Assembly (NCBI RefSeq): GCF_004010195.1
Contig: NC_057719.1
Coordinates: 20,006,480 to 20,070,479 of the forward strand
Length of the DNA: 64,000 nucleotides
Direction: 5' to 3'
Source of the DNA: Chiloscyllium plagiosum
Taxonomy: Eukaryota
Shown piece after piece: positions 26,415 to 38,590 of the stretch (position 1 is its first letter; each line of letters begins with the position of its first letter). A model generated the notes under the pieces. That model searched no databases and was not told the DNA's origin. It was given only the letters and a program-made list of their open reading frames with translations. Both the position numbers and the translations under genes were made by a program.

Positions 26415-27050
26415 TATTCTGTAAGTCAGAAGGTTGTCTAGGCATGCCCTGTGCCAGATTTGAGCACACAAACTAGGTTGGTCCTTCACTACTGACAGAG
26501 TGCAGCGCTTTTGGAAGTACTGTCTTTCAAATTAAACTGTAAACAAGAGTTCCTTCTGTCTTCTCAAGGACGTAATTGAACAGTTGTCGCATTTTGAAGA
26601 CGAGTAGTGTATTCCTGGTTACCAGGTTAATACTTATTAATATGCATGTTAATTAGTTAATATGTATTCCTGAATCTCCATTAGTATTATTTTCAACAAC
26701 AAAAACATAAATTGCTGCAAAAGCTTAGCGGGTCTGGAAGCATCTGTGGATGCAGTGACCCTTCTTTGGAACTGTCCTGATGCAGAAAACATTAACTCTG
26801 CTGCATCTCCAAAGATGCTGTCAGACTTGTCAAGCTTTTCCAGCAATTTATGTTTTTGTTTCTGTTTTCCAGCATCCACAGCTCTTTGGTTTTATTATCA
26901 TAATTTTGCTCATTGCTGTTAATGGTGCTTTGTTGCACACAAATTGAGATTTCAATGTTTGTCTAAATGATGACAGTGACCCACATCAGGATGAAGTACT
27001 GTGGGATGCACAATTAATAAGATCAGGGATATTCTATAAACATAAATTCT
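26415..27050 (+). mobile_element. DeuSINE (SacSINE1-like) remnant interrupted by a PLE family C fold-back (26697-26895)
   Basis: AGTCAGAAGGTTG...TTTGAGCAC...TGTCTTTC...GGACGTAA...TTTGAAGA.GAG, then after the insert CATTGCTGTT..TGGTGCTTTGTTGCACACAAATTG. Confidence 0.55.
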
Positions 27051-27874
27051 TTCTTTCCTTAAAATACGTTGGAAACACTTCAGTTTAGTAAATTAAGCAT
27101 TCGTTATAATACATTGCTCATATTAGCTTTCAGGCCAGTGTATTATAATGTGCCAATATATCAGTGACATATATAATTTTAAACTTATAACTTGGATGTT
27201 CTACTCAAAATGTTCCTTACAAAAATTCAGAAGGCAAATATTGAGCATATTTTGAAGAGAACATGTTATATCTCATTAAATGGAGTACATTGGAAATCAA
27301 GCATTGCTATTTTTCAAATCATCACAAAAGTTTTTAAAAAATGGGATTAGAACTGACCTTCACACCAAGGTTGCAAGAAATTTTAACAAGAATTACTATT
27401 ATTACAAATAAGTGGACTTTAACTACAGGTAAACAATTATGAACCATCAATATATAACTCTACTTAGCGGGTTCTTGTTGCACTGTAGAATTGTCCCTAC
27501 CTCTGAGCCAGGAGACCTAGGTTCAGGTACCAACTGCTCCAGAGGTGTGTGATAACATCTATAAATGTGTTAGTTAAAATTCTAACTCCCTTATAGGCTC
27601 TCAATTTACACACAGACACAGATGGGGAAAAAAAAGTGATATTAAGAGGCTGAGGGAAAATCTCAAACAGCAGTTCAGTGGTCCCTGTTTACAGATAAGC
27701 TAATCAGTTTATTGATCAGAATGTTCCTGCTCAATCTTCTCTAAATGCTTTCACTTGTTTGCAGTGGCACACAGCACTGATTAACACCCATTAAGCTCTC
27801 TAACTTACCAATTAAAAGTTACAGCTTACAGTAACTGTTTGCACCCAAAGGCTTCTCATTATTTCATACACAGC

Positions 27875-28044
27875 TGGAAATGTGTTGCTGGAAAAGCGCA
27901 GCAGGTCAGGCAGCATCTAGGGAACAGGAGAATCGACGTTTCGGGCATTAGCCCTTCCTGAAGAAGGGCTAATGCCCGAAACGTCGATTCTCCTGTTCCC
28001 TAGATGCTGCCTGACCCGCTGCGCTTTTCCAACACATTTCCATC
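27875..28044. mobile_element. PLE family A fold-back insertion with 13-bp TSD
   Basis: Near-perfect palindrome. TTTCATACACAGC occurs at 27862-27874 and 28045-28057. Confidence 0.9.
27955..27990 (+). ncRNA. Minimal type I hammerhead ribozyme motif (family A), core intact
   Basis: TC-CTGAAGA-A-GGGC-TAAT-GCCC-GAAAC-GTC-GA, giving CUGANGA, a 4-bp stem II, GAAA and a GUC site. Stem I is only 2 bp here. Confidence 0.75.
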
Positions 28045-28296
28045 TTTCATACACAGCCCCAAGTTGTTTAGCTACCATAAAAACAATCATTTGTTTGCAA
28101 GCAGCTGGCTTTTGTCATTAAAGACTGGTCAATAGGCTGAGGTATTTGTGTGTCCTCACCTGAAGTTTGCAGGCAAATAGCCTCAATAGTCACTCCTGCA
28201 TTACAGGTAAAGGGTCAATGTAGTTCTGAGTACCAGAAACTAATTAGCCAGAAAGCTAGCCAGAATTAAACAGGAAAAGGACTCATTCACGCTAAG

Positions 28297-29424
28297 TGTT
28301 ACGAATTAACCATGTTCAAAAGGAAACAAGACTAAAAAATGTAAAATAACCTGCAAAGACCAAGAATCCTGAAATTGATTGTTCAACTATCAATGTTGCA
28401 TGATCGACTCTTCACAAATCATCAAGAGAGACTGATCTGTATATCTTTTAATTTACTTTTTTTTGGACTCATTTCTTATTTTAATCTCTGTGCTATGTTA
28501 CTATTTTTTCTTGTATGTAGTGGCAAGTAAACTCACTGGTTTATTCATTCAAGAAAGCGTGTTTGAATTGGGTTAAAAATCACACAGCACCAGGTTATAA
28601 TTCAACAGGTTGACTTGGAGGCACTAGCTTTCGCAGCACTGCTCCTTCAGCAGGTGGTTGTAGTGGATAAGATCAAAAGACACAGAATTTATAATAAAAG
28701 TTTACAGTATGATGCAACTGAAATTATATATCGAAAAAAAAACTTGGGTTGTTTGTTAAGTCTCTCATCTTTTAGAATGACAATGTTGGTTTCAATTCTT
28801 TCACATGTAAATCCCAGAATGTTTTATTAAAGTTACATTCTCAAGTCAACTTTAAAAATAGGTGCTATGTCATCTCAGATAATGCGTTGAAGGTGTGAGG
28901 TGTCCTGTGTGAGGCTGTCTGTGCCCCAATGTTCAGACTGATTCTATTTCTAAAAAAGAGATTTACAGAATCTACATGGATTCATGCAGTGTTTGAGCAA
29001 AATAAAATACAATTCTGCAAGTATAAATTCACTCCACAAACATACGTGTGAGTATACATGTGGGTGTGTGTATGTGCGTGGTGGGTGGGTGGGGGTGTGG
29101 TAGTACACAGACACTAATACCCAACCCCCACACATACACCCACATGCATACACACACATATATAAGTTTGTGAATCCAACACTGGCACCTCGAAATCATG
29201 TTTGAATTGGCTCCTTTTAAGATGTGAAGTCATTTGGCCTGGGAGAAAGTTATCTATAAGGAAGAAATCCTTTTTAAACTAACCTTGTTGTGACCAACAA
29301 AGTCTCGGAGAATGTAAAAAGAATGGGAGCCTGTTCATCCATCCTCACCCAGATACTAAATAATTTAGGGAATCCATCTGAAACTATAAACTTGGAGGGA
29401 TTTGTACATTACCTGGTTGTAACA
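28297..29424. mobile_element. Possible solo LTR interrupted by a PLE
   Basis: TGTTAC...GTAACA inverted termini. Flanks TAAG/TAAA match at only 3 of 4 positions. Confidence 0.35.
28572..29198 (-). mobile_element. PLE family D insertion with internal inversion and 12-bp TSD
   Basis: TGTTTGAATTGG at 28560-28571 and 29199-29210. Hammerhead on - at 28622-28656 (CAC-CTGCTGA-AGGAGC..GCTGC-GAAAG-CTA-GTG). Inverted TG-rich/CA-rich segment at ~29030-29175. Confidence 0.7.
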
Positions 29425-29429
29425 TAAAT

Positions 29430-30900
29430 CATAACAACTCTCTGCATTAAAGAAAAAAGTTCTTACAATATTTCTTTTCTTTCAATAAATTACCCAGAAT
29501 CCATGCCCTCTGGTTTCCAATGGTTCAGCCATTGTTTGTCTTTATTCACTTCATTAATGTGAAGAGTTTAATTTCTTCATACACCTGTCTCCTGTCAGCG
29601 CAACCACACCTTCCCCAGTTTCTTCACAGAACCAAAGTCCCTCATTTCAGCACCAGTCCAGTAAATCTCTTCTGCAAAACTCTATCATGCTTGCTGAAGA
29701 GCGGCACCTGGAATTTAATACTATACTTGAAAGCCAATCTTTTATATAGAATGAATCTGCTCCTGGGCTCTGTTCCACGACTAATAAAGTAAAGCAGGCA
29801 ATCAGATGAATTTTTCGCAGTCTTCTCAACTTGGTTGTGCCACTTTCAAACAACTTTGAGTACTTATATCTCCAGGCGTATTTGTTCACGGATCACATTT
29901 AAAATTACTTCATTTGGTTTATGTTGTCTCTTTGTATTCTTTTCACAGAAGTGTATCACTTCAGATTCTCATTTAATTGCATCTGCCATGTGTCTGACAA
30001 TTTTCCCAGGCTGCCTATGTCCTCGTAAAGTTTGTTACTAACCACCTCTTCATTCACTCCATGTAATTCCTATCATTTGTTAGCTTCAACATTATGCCCT
30101 GTATACCCTTGTCAGTAATTAATGCACATCAAATCCTTATAACAACCTGGGGATAACATTAACATCTAATTCCTCCTGTACAAAATAAAATTCACCATTA
30201 CTCACGGTTTCTCTTCCTTTTTTCAAATTTACATCCACACTACCATTATTACTTTAGTCCCATGATACAATTGTGCTAATAAGATCGGGTGCTTTATTAA
30301 ACACCTTTTGAAATATCATATACCAGCACATCAAAACACTAGTCTTGTCAACCCACTCCATTACCTTATCAAAGCATTCAGTCTATTATTCAGAGCTTTC
30401 TTTATTCTTTACGGATTGAGAATTCTGTTGGCAAGGTCAGCATTTGTTGATTATCCCTAAATATGAATTGCTATTGGCAAATCTTTGCTAAATTCCACTT
30501 ACTAGCTTTATTATCCTATATTGCAAAAATTTGTTGGTCATTATTATCTTTAAAACTTGCCCCATTATAGACCAAAAGGTTTATAGTTGCCAAGTTGTCC
30601 CTTTCTATCTCTCTTTTTTAAAAGACATATAACATTTGCAATCTTCTAGTCCTGTATCAACTCTTGCAAATCTGAGGAGGGATGAAGGAGAATCTTAATT
30701 TCTACCCTTTCACTCCTTGGTAACATAGGACACATCCCATTTCAATTAACTTTCTATATTGAATACTTCCAATCTTTCAAGTACCTCCTTATCTATTTTT
30801 AACCGATCCAAAAATGCTATTGTCTCCTCCTTTATTGCTACATCAGTAGCAACCTGTTCTCTTAGAAAGATATATTCTCAGAGATAATCATGTCTTTCAT
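29430..30900 (-). mobile_element. Old, heavily decayed CR1/L2-group LINE
   Basis: Scattered reverse-complement RT remnants (e.g. CCTTTTGAAATATCATATAC, TTACCTTATCAAAGCATTC). Confidence 0.45.
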
Positions 30901-31091
30901 CTCACCAAGGAGATATTCTTCTTTTTGGCTCTTCGGATCCTTTCATTTATACAAAAAAAATGCTATCTTAATTATTATGTTTAAAGCTTAGAAGGAGTAC
31001 TTAATTCTAACTCAAGATATAACTGATTCAATTTTAGGATTCAGAAGAGGGTTGGAATATTAGTAGCAGATCTCAATTCTCCTCCATGTTT

Positions 31092-31413
31092 TAGAGTCAT
31101 AGAATCCTGGCAGAGGAGAAACAGACCATTTGGCCCAACAAGTCCATACTGACCCTCTGAAGATCATCCTGCCCAGGCCCATCCCTACATTTCCCATGGC
31201 TAACACACTTAACTTGCACATCCCAGTACACTATGGACAATTTAGCATGGCCAATCCACCTAACTTGCACTTCTTTGGACAGTGGGAGGAAACTAGTACA
31301 AACACAGGAAGAATGTGCAATCCCTGCAAAGATAGTCGCCCAAGGGTGGAATTGAACCCAGGTCTCTGGCGCAGAGAGGCAGCAGTGCTAACCACTGAGC
31401 CACCGTGCTGCCC
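31092..31413 (-). mobile_element. HE1-type SINE
   Basis: tRNA head, CAATTTAGCATGGCCAATCCACCTAAC core and tail. Confidence 0.85.
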
Positions 31414-31519
31414 TTTAAATCTAAATCCAATTTTACTTTAATGCAAAGACACATAAAATTATCTGTAAAATAAATACAGGCCTGCTTTTGTTGGTTCAGA
31501 AGAATCTGCCCCATCAGCT

Positions 31520-31760
31520 AGGAGGAGGCAATGGCATTATGTATTATAACTAGACAATTAATCCAGAGACCCTGATAATATTCTGGGGACCCATGTTCAT
31601 ATCCTGCTCTGGTAGATGGTGGAATTTGAATTCAATAAAAACTGTGAAATTAGATGTTATATGGTGACCAGGAAAAGCCATTCTGATTGGTTGGGGGGAA
31701 AGCCCATCTGGTTCACTAATGCCCTTATAGGGAAGGAAACAACCATCCTTACCTGCTCAC
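31520..31760 (+). mobile_element. tRNA-derived SINE (same family as 1930-2252), partial
   Basis: AATCCAGAGACC...GATGGTGGAATTTGAATTCAATAAAA...CCCATCTGGTTCACTAATG. Confidence 0.7.
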
Positions 31761-32615
31761 TGTGCGTGCACTGGCCACTACCCATGAATATTTGCATTAG
31801 AGGCTTACCCTTTTTTGACATCTAAAACTGGATGGCACTGCCCACGGGGCACTTATATCATGCATCAGCAGGACAAGCAACACTATGAATCTTCAACCAA
31901 TTAACTGAAGAATATTCACTGAGTCCCGGGGAGGACTTCCTAATCCATTTCCACCTTGGCATTTTTGAGTAGCTTGAGAAGTAAAAGTGGAGCAAGAATC
32001 CTTCATGCTGCCATTCAAGAGTCCCCAGCACCATTCTAGACATGAGCATTTCAGAACTTCTGCAATTTTCACAGATTAAACCATGCTTTGCAAGCTTTTC
32101 CAAATCATGTTTGCAGAATGGAAATCTTAAATCAGAGGCAGAAAGAATTCAAAAAGCTGACTAAAAAGGGTATTGCCTCTTTACGGTTCAACATGAAATG
32201 CTGCAATCATTAAATAATGTACTTGTCAGATTATAATTTTTACAAACTGCAAAGCTATCAAATAAAAGAACAACCTTATAGTCAAGAAACCTTCAGATAC
32301 ATGAGCCTAGTCCAGTCTAATTTCAGATCCAGTGATAATTGCTCAAACATTTCCATAATTTTCACTCATTCTCCCAGAAGTGTTCAGCCATCAATTTTCC
32401 CTCTTCCAACTTTGACAGATGCATGAGTTTTTTGCTTCTTTCAAAGACACAATAGGTTTATTATACACTATCCTTTGGGATATGAGATTGATGGCTTTGA
32501 CAGATTTATGAGTCTCTGAAAAGGATAATGGATAATAGGAAAGTGCCTATTCAAATGGACTCTTCTTGTGATTCATAGAAGTCCACGATTCCCATATTGG
32601 CCTCCCAATTGATTG

Positions 32616-33209
32616 GGAGAAAGTGAGGACTGCAGGTGCTGGAGATCAGGGCTGAAAAATGTGTTGCTGGAAAAGCGCAGCAGGTCAGGCAGCATCCAAG
32701 GAGCAGGAGAATAATATTACAATCTGGATGAAGAAACTGAGGGCATTGTTGCTTAGTTTGCAGATGACACAAAGAGCAGTGGAGGTACAGGTAGTGTTGA
32801 GGAAGTTGGGAGGCTGCAGAAGGTCTTGGACAGGTTAGGAGATTGGGCAAAGAAGTGGAAAATGGAATACAATGTGGGGAAGTATGAGGTTACATACTTT
32901 GATAGGATAAATAAAAGCACAGATTATTTTCTAAATGGGAAAAGGCATTGGAAATCTGATGCACAAACAGACTTAGGAGGCAGAGTCCAAGATTCTTTTA
33001 AGGTTACCATGCAGGTTCAGTTGTCATTTAGGAAGGTAAATGCATTGTTAGCATTTATTTCAAAAGCTGAAAATGTAAGTAAGGGGGGAGGTGTGGGCGC
33101 AAGTTTTGCATTTCTTGCAGTTGCAGGGGAAGGTGCCGGGAGTGGAGGTTGGGTTGGTGGGGGGTGTGAACCTGACGAGGGAGTCGCTGATCAGCAACAC
33201 ATTTTTCAG
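32616..33209. mobile_element. Chimeric insertion: PLE family A terminus, CR1 RT fragment, PLE internal piece and inverted terminus, with 14-bp TSD
   Basis: CTCCCAATTGATTG at 32602-32615 and 33210-33223. CR1 FADDTK...LDRLGDWAKKWKMEYNVGK at ~32713-33065. PLE GTFPCNCKKCKTC on - at ~33095-33140. Confidence 0.8.
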
Positions 33210-34235
33210 CTCCCAATTGATTGAGCTGTCCTGCCATACCTTAGCCTTAAAACTTTAAGCCACTTTATTTGCATTAACCTTAGTTACTTTAGCTTACTCT
33301 AACTTTACTATTGTACTATTAACTATAAATTGGAGATGAGTAGAAAGTTGAATTTCTTTGCCTTTACTCACAAATCAACTCCCTCTCCCGTATCTGTCAG
33401 TGTGTGACATTCCCTGTCCGAGTTTAGAAATTTATGTTTTCAAAGTAACTGGAGTTGAAACACAATCCCTAACAGCAGTTACAAAGCAACTAATGAACTC
33501 ATAGCTTTTCTGTAATGGTGCTTTTCAACTGGTTTCGCAGCTGCAGATCCGTCTGTTGCCAGGTCTTCATTCCAGTCCAAAGCCCTGTGGTAGCTTCACC
33601 ATTGCATGATTGGCAAGTTGTTTGACAGTCTTTTCCAAAAATAAATATCGTGGATTGCTCTCCAGCTAATAGGCAAGACCACCGATGCTAAAACAAGTGT
33701 CCACCCGTTAATCAAAGAACACATCTGAACATATTGAAAACATAAAATGATAGAATGCCTTAGATTTTTCACAATTACTGATGGAAACAAAATTTGATTA
33801 TCTGGACCCATACATACACTGGACGGACTCTTGTATGGGTCCAGTCAAAGTGGGCTATGATGAAATTTGTGGCAGAATCAGATGAGGGGTCTGACAAAGC
33901 CCATCTAACATTGGGAGCATCTCACTACTTCTGTTATGCTTTTGCGGAGCAGCAAGGTGATTGTTTTCACTAGGTGCTGGTGAGTTGTCAATGAAGGGAG
34001 ATTACAGCTTGTTAAGGGCCTTATTAATGCCACAACTCACCTTATTAATATTCAGTTTCCTATTCTAACAAGTGCTCCAAAGATGTAGAAGCATTCATCT
34101 GTCATTTCTATGATGCATTATTTTGTAATAAGCTTTTCATTAATTAATTGTGAGTGTGCAGTTATGCATTATGCATTCATTCGGTATTATGCATCATACA
34201 TTATGTATTTCCTTCTACTTCTTTCAACCTATTCA

Positions 34236-34940
34236 ATTCAACTCTATTGGTTATTCACATGCAGCTTACTCTACATTGGCAAGACCAAATGCAGAGTGGG
34301 TGACTGCTTTGCTGCACACTTCTGTTCTGTCCTTAAGAAGGACCTTGACTCTTCAGTTGCTCTTCATTTCAATGCACCGTGTTGCTCTCATGCCAACATT
34401 TCTATCCTAGGCATGCTGCAGTGCACCCAGTGAAGGCCAGCACAAGCTGGATGAACATCACCTAATTTTGTGCTTTGAGCCTTCAGGATTCAATATTGAT
34501 TTCTTGAGTTTAACAAGTTCGCAGCATGAACACTGCACTCCATTTTGATTATGCTTCTTCCCTGATTGCCACATACCACACCCCACCACCTCCACACATC
34601 AGTGCCTTGTTTGCATGGATTTGCTTTCAGCATATCTGACCTGTTTTCTATTATTCATACCTCCTATTAGCACCTATTTTGCTTCTATATCGCCCTCCAA
34701 TACCACCAGCACTCTGTTTGCTTTTTGCTTCGGGACCCTCACTATCTGTTCCACTGTCTCCTCCAGCTCCTTTGTCAATGATGTAAAGAGCTATCATTTT
34801 GCAAGCAGACTTCAGTTCTGAAGAAGAGTCCTAATTGTGCTCAAAACTGTTTCTCTCCACAGGTGCCAGACTTGCTGAGTTCCTCCAGTACTTTTAGCTC
34901 TTATTTCAGAACTTGATCATCAGCAGTTTGGTGCTTTCAT
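34236..34940 (+). mobile_element. PLE fragment: GIY-YIG endonuclease C-terminus and family C terminus
   Basis: CSLLYIGKTKCRVGDCFAAHFCSV...VALHFN. Decayed AGTTCTGAAGAAG core at ~34814. Confidence 0.75.
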
Positions 34941-35199
34941 TGTTTTGAGTTACGTACCACAAGAAAGATGCTGTATTAATCTGCAATGTATTCATTTTTA
35001 CAAAGTTATTTAAATGTTAGTTTACTTCTGAAGTAAAAAATCTTGATTGTTATTTGAAAAAATTCACCCACTTCAAACAGTATTGTTATTTGTGGCATAG
35101 GATTACTAACAACACTGCAATTGGAAACCAATGCATCTAAGTCTTACATTGTGGATTTCTCACTCTTGATCCTTAAAACTTTACAATCTGTAGGCAACA

Positions 35200-35480
35200 A
35201 ATGGGTATATAGGGACATTGCAAAAGAAGTAGGCCAAATAATCCCTTGACCTTTTCTATCTGGTTATGGCTGACTTCCTATCCAATTTTTATATCTGTCT
35301 TTGCCCTTGTATTTTGGTTATCAAAATTGTATCAATTTCAATTTTAATATCAACCATCGATCGATCACCAATTGCTTTTTTTTGGAGAATGCTTCAAACA
35401 TTCTCTATTCTTTATGAAAAACATATCTTCTCTATTTTCACTTCTAAAAGATCTGACATTATTTATTGGTCCCTCCTTCC
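35200..35480 (-). mobile_element. Decayed CR1 3' fragment
   Basis: FRSENREDMFFIKNRECLKHSP is a decayed form of FR.E.R..FF..RV...WNSLP. Confidence 0.5.
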
Positions 35481-35933
35481 TAGTCCTAGTTAACAAATTG
35501 GAAGAATCATGGGATGCCACATGACAAAACCTGCTGTATCTTACTCTACCTGAACCATTGAGTCTAATTCCACTTCTTTCTTTACACGATCTCATTGGAC
35601 AGGCAGATATTGTCCTGAAATATTGAGTAAGTTAAAATGCCACAGAAGGGTCAGTTCCATGCTTTGCTTCTCTTTTCGAACACATTGGGGACTCAAGGGT
35701 TAAACATTCCACTGCCAAAGGACTTACTACAGTATCAGCTGAAAGCCTGTACTCTTACAATACAGACAGAACATCTCAGTAAGGGGGAGGCTGACTGTGT
35801 ATTAGAAATAGAGCCTAGTGGAGCCATACATGTGGATTCCCCCTGTAGCCTCAGACAGAGGGACTTATCCTTTCCAGACAAGACTGATAGCCTTGGCCAC
35901 AACCCTGTTAAACTGCCTCCTGCTCCCGTTGTC

Positions 35934-35999
35934 TTACTTCCCCTCCATATTAGCATAAGTATATGAATACTCCATTTACTTCCCCTCCATATTAGCATA
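35934..35999. repeat. Short direct repeat (~24 bp x2)
   Basis: TTACTTCCCCTCCATATTAGCATA occurs twice. Confidence 0.9.
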
Positions 36000-36592
36000 G
36001 ATATGTGATATCCCCTTTTACAGCAGGCAAAACCCTTCTGCCTTAATCTCTTCCCATCAACACATAATTATGAAGAATACAATAATCAGTTTCTGTAATC
36101 CATTCACACATTATCACAGGACATTGACATTCATCGGGCTTGGTAAATTCATAATTGCTACTTTAAACTATGTAATGACAATCGCCCATGTGACTGATGA
36201 ACGTTTAATTCCTATAAAATATACCATCTCTGTGTGTAGGGCAGAGAGTCGTGAAGAAGTGTCACTACAAGTAGACACACGGCTACTTTGGAGACGCTTT
36301 GAATCTCTCGTTGGCTGTCCGATAAAAGAGCTACTGCTGTTGTACAGAAAACTTGTGTTGTCCGGATTTGTGGAACTAAGCAGACATCAACAATATAGGT
36401 TGCAAAACATGGCAGCCAGTATCAAATGGCAGAGCAGATTCGATAGGCCAAATGGTCTAATTCTGTTCCTGTATATTTGGTTGAATACAATTACTGATGA
36501 GGAAGGCCATAATTCCACCAAAGTTTGTGAGAAGATTTGTAACTCGGGTGCTCGTTGTTGTGGTTCTGTTCGCCGAGCTGGGAATTTGTGTT

Positions 36593-36632
36593 GCAGACGT
36601 TTCGTCCCCTGTCTAGGTGACATCCTCAGTGC
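36593..36632 (-). ncRNA. Minimal type I hammerhead ribozyme motif (family B), intact
   Basis: GCA-CTGAGGA-T-GTCACCT-AGAC-AGGGGAC-GAAAC-GTC-TGC: stem I GCA/TGC, stem II, core and GUC site. Confidence 0.8.
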
Positions 36633-37220
36633 TTGGGAGCCTCCTATGAAGCGCTTCTGTGATCTTTCCTCCGGCATTTGTAGTGGGTTGAATCTGTCGC
36701 TTCCGGTTGTCAGTTCCAGCTGTCCGTTGCAGTGGCCAGTATATTGGGCCCAGATCGATGTACTTATTGATTGAATCTGTGGATGAGTGCCATGCCTCTA
36801 GGAATTCCCTGGCTGTTCTCTGTTTGGCTTGACCTATAATAGTAGGACAACCAGTCGAATTCATGTTGCTTGTCATCTGCGTGTGTGGCTACTAAGGATA
36901 GCTGGTCTTGTCGTTTCGTGGCTATTTGGTGTTCATGGATGCAGATCATTAGCTGTCTTCTTGTTTGTCCTATGTAGTGTTTTGTGCGGCCACTGCAACG
37001 GACAAGCTGGAACTGACAACCGGAAGCGACAGATTCAAACCACTACAAATGCCGGAGGAAAGATCACAGAAGCGCTTCACAGGTGGCTTTGTTTGTCCTA
37101 TGTAGTGTTTTGTGCGGCCACTGCAACGGACAGCTGGAACTGACAACCGGAAGCGACAGATTCAAACCACTACAAATGCCGGAGGAAAGATCACAGAAGC
37201 ACTTCACAGGAGGCTCCCAA

Positions 37221-37260
37221 CCACTGAGGATGTCACCTATTCAGGGGACGAAACGTCTGC
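37221..37260 (+). ncRNA. Minimal hammerhead motif (family B), one stem I mismatch
   Basis: CCA-CTGAGGA-TGTCACCT-ATTC-AGGGGAC-GAAAC-GTC-TGC. Confidence 0.7.
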
Positions 37261-38422
37261 AACACAAATTCCCAGCTTGGCGAACAGAACCACAAAATAA
37301 TTCCACCATTAGGAACCTAACAACTGTAGTAGTTAATACATTTTGAATGCTTCCAGGACTTTTCCTAAATTCTAGAACAGCCAGAGGAGTAGGGCAAATA
37401 TTTGCAAGGAGTAATGGTAGTAAATTAATTGCTTCAATTTTAGGCTGACAAAGAATATTCAGATTTCAAATTTAAAAAACTGCCATTTGCAGATCAGATA
37501 GACCAAAATAAAACCCTCAAGAGAATTAATTAAAAGAGTTGCTATGTCTGTCAATGTCGATGAATCCAACAGCTCCAGTAATTAGTGAAAACTTTTAATC
37601 AGGAATCTACAAGTGCTAAACTGCTCAAATGCATTCTTCTGATTTCTGCAGTTTTCCCAAATTATTTAAATTGGAGCCTGACTGTCTTTTGAATAGGCTC
37701 TAATTAAGCAAAAAAAATTCATTAGGGGAAACAGTCTTTACAGTCAATCATACAAAATGCCATAGAATATATGTTATAGGATCAATTTAGCAATTGAGGT
37801 AAACATTACTTATATAACAATGAAAAATATCGTCACTTTATGGAACAATTCAATTTGTGCATTAATTGATTTCTTAAAAGTCAACAATACATAATGTTAA
37901 CAAAACGTTGATAATCAATTTATTAAAATAAAAACAAACTAACAAATTAGATATGAAATAGTCTATGGAATTAATATAAAATGACCAGAAGATTAATATT
38001 ATTATTTTTAACTGTTTCTTCAAATATTTGTGTCATTGGCAAGAGCAACATTTACAGCAAATTCACGTCTTCTGGAACTGCGTCACTCTCTTGGGTGTTG
38101 GCACATCTAGTGAAATTTCTTTCCCATAGTGTTTTGAGAAAACTATATCCTACTAAGGCAACTCAATGGACACTTAAGAGTCAAGCACATTAATGTGGAT
38201 CTGAAATGAGATCATGGATGAATGACAGATTTCCTGCTCTGAAAGACATCTGTGAATCTGATTGTTTTTACAACTATGCAGTGCTTTCATGATAGTTGTC
38301 AATGAGACTAGTTTTTTTATTCCAGATTTACTAAATTCCTTGAATGGATTTCCCTTGTCTGCTGTGGTGAAATTTGACCTCAGGTCTCAGGACCATTAAT
38401 TCATGCCATTCTATTCCTAATG

Positions 38423-38590
38423 TGGAGGTGTTGGTGTTGGATTGGGGTGAACAAAGGTAAAAATCACAGATCACCAGGTATTAGTCCAACAGGTTTATAT
38501 GGAAGTATTAGCTTTCAGAGCACTGCTCCTTCATCAGATAACTAATAAACCTATTGCAATATTACCTGGGTGTTCTGTGATTTTTAATTC
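38423..38590. mobile_element. PLE family D fold-back terminus with hammerhead core (38506-38540, -)
   Basis: Reverse complement reads TAT-CTGATGA-A-GGAGC-AGT-GCTCT-GAAAG-CTA-ATA. Confidence 0.7.

Larger units (their letters stand above)
36521..37296. mobile_element. PLE family B insertion: GIY-YIG fragment (-) with inverted terminal repeat (+) and 12-bp TSD
   Basis: Minus strand KHYIGQTRRQLMICIHEHQ...IIGQAKQRTAREFLEAWHS...SINKYIDL. ATAATTCCACCA at 36509-36520 and 37297-37308. Confidence 0.9.

Noticed and set aside
27875..28044. miRNA gene or DNA-transposon MITE
   Set aside because: The arms are PLE terminal sequence found elsewhere next to GIY-YIG remnants. TSDs vary in length (12-16 bp), unlike fixed DDE TSDs. 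There is no expression evidence.
36494..36510. CTGATGA as another hammerhead or C/D snoRNA box
   Set aside because: No following stem II/GAAA and no matching box or terminal stem.
36070..36774. Longest ORF (234 aa) as a real gene
   Set aside because: It runs from unique DNA into the antisense strand of a PLE insertion, and no protein family is recognisable.
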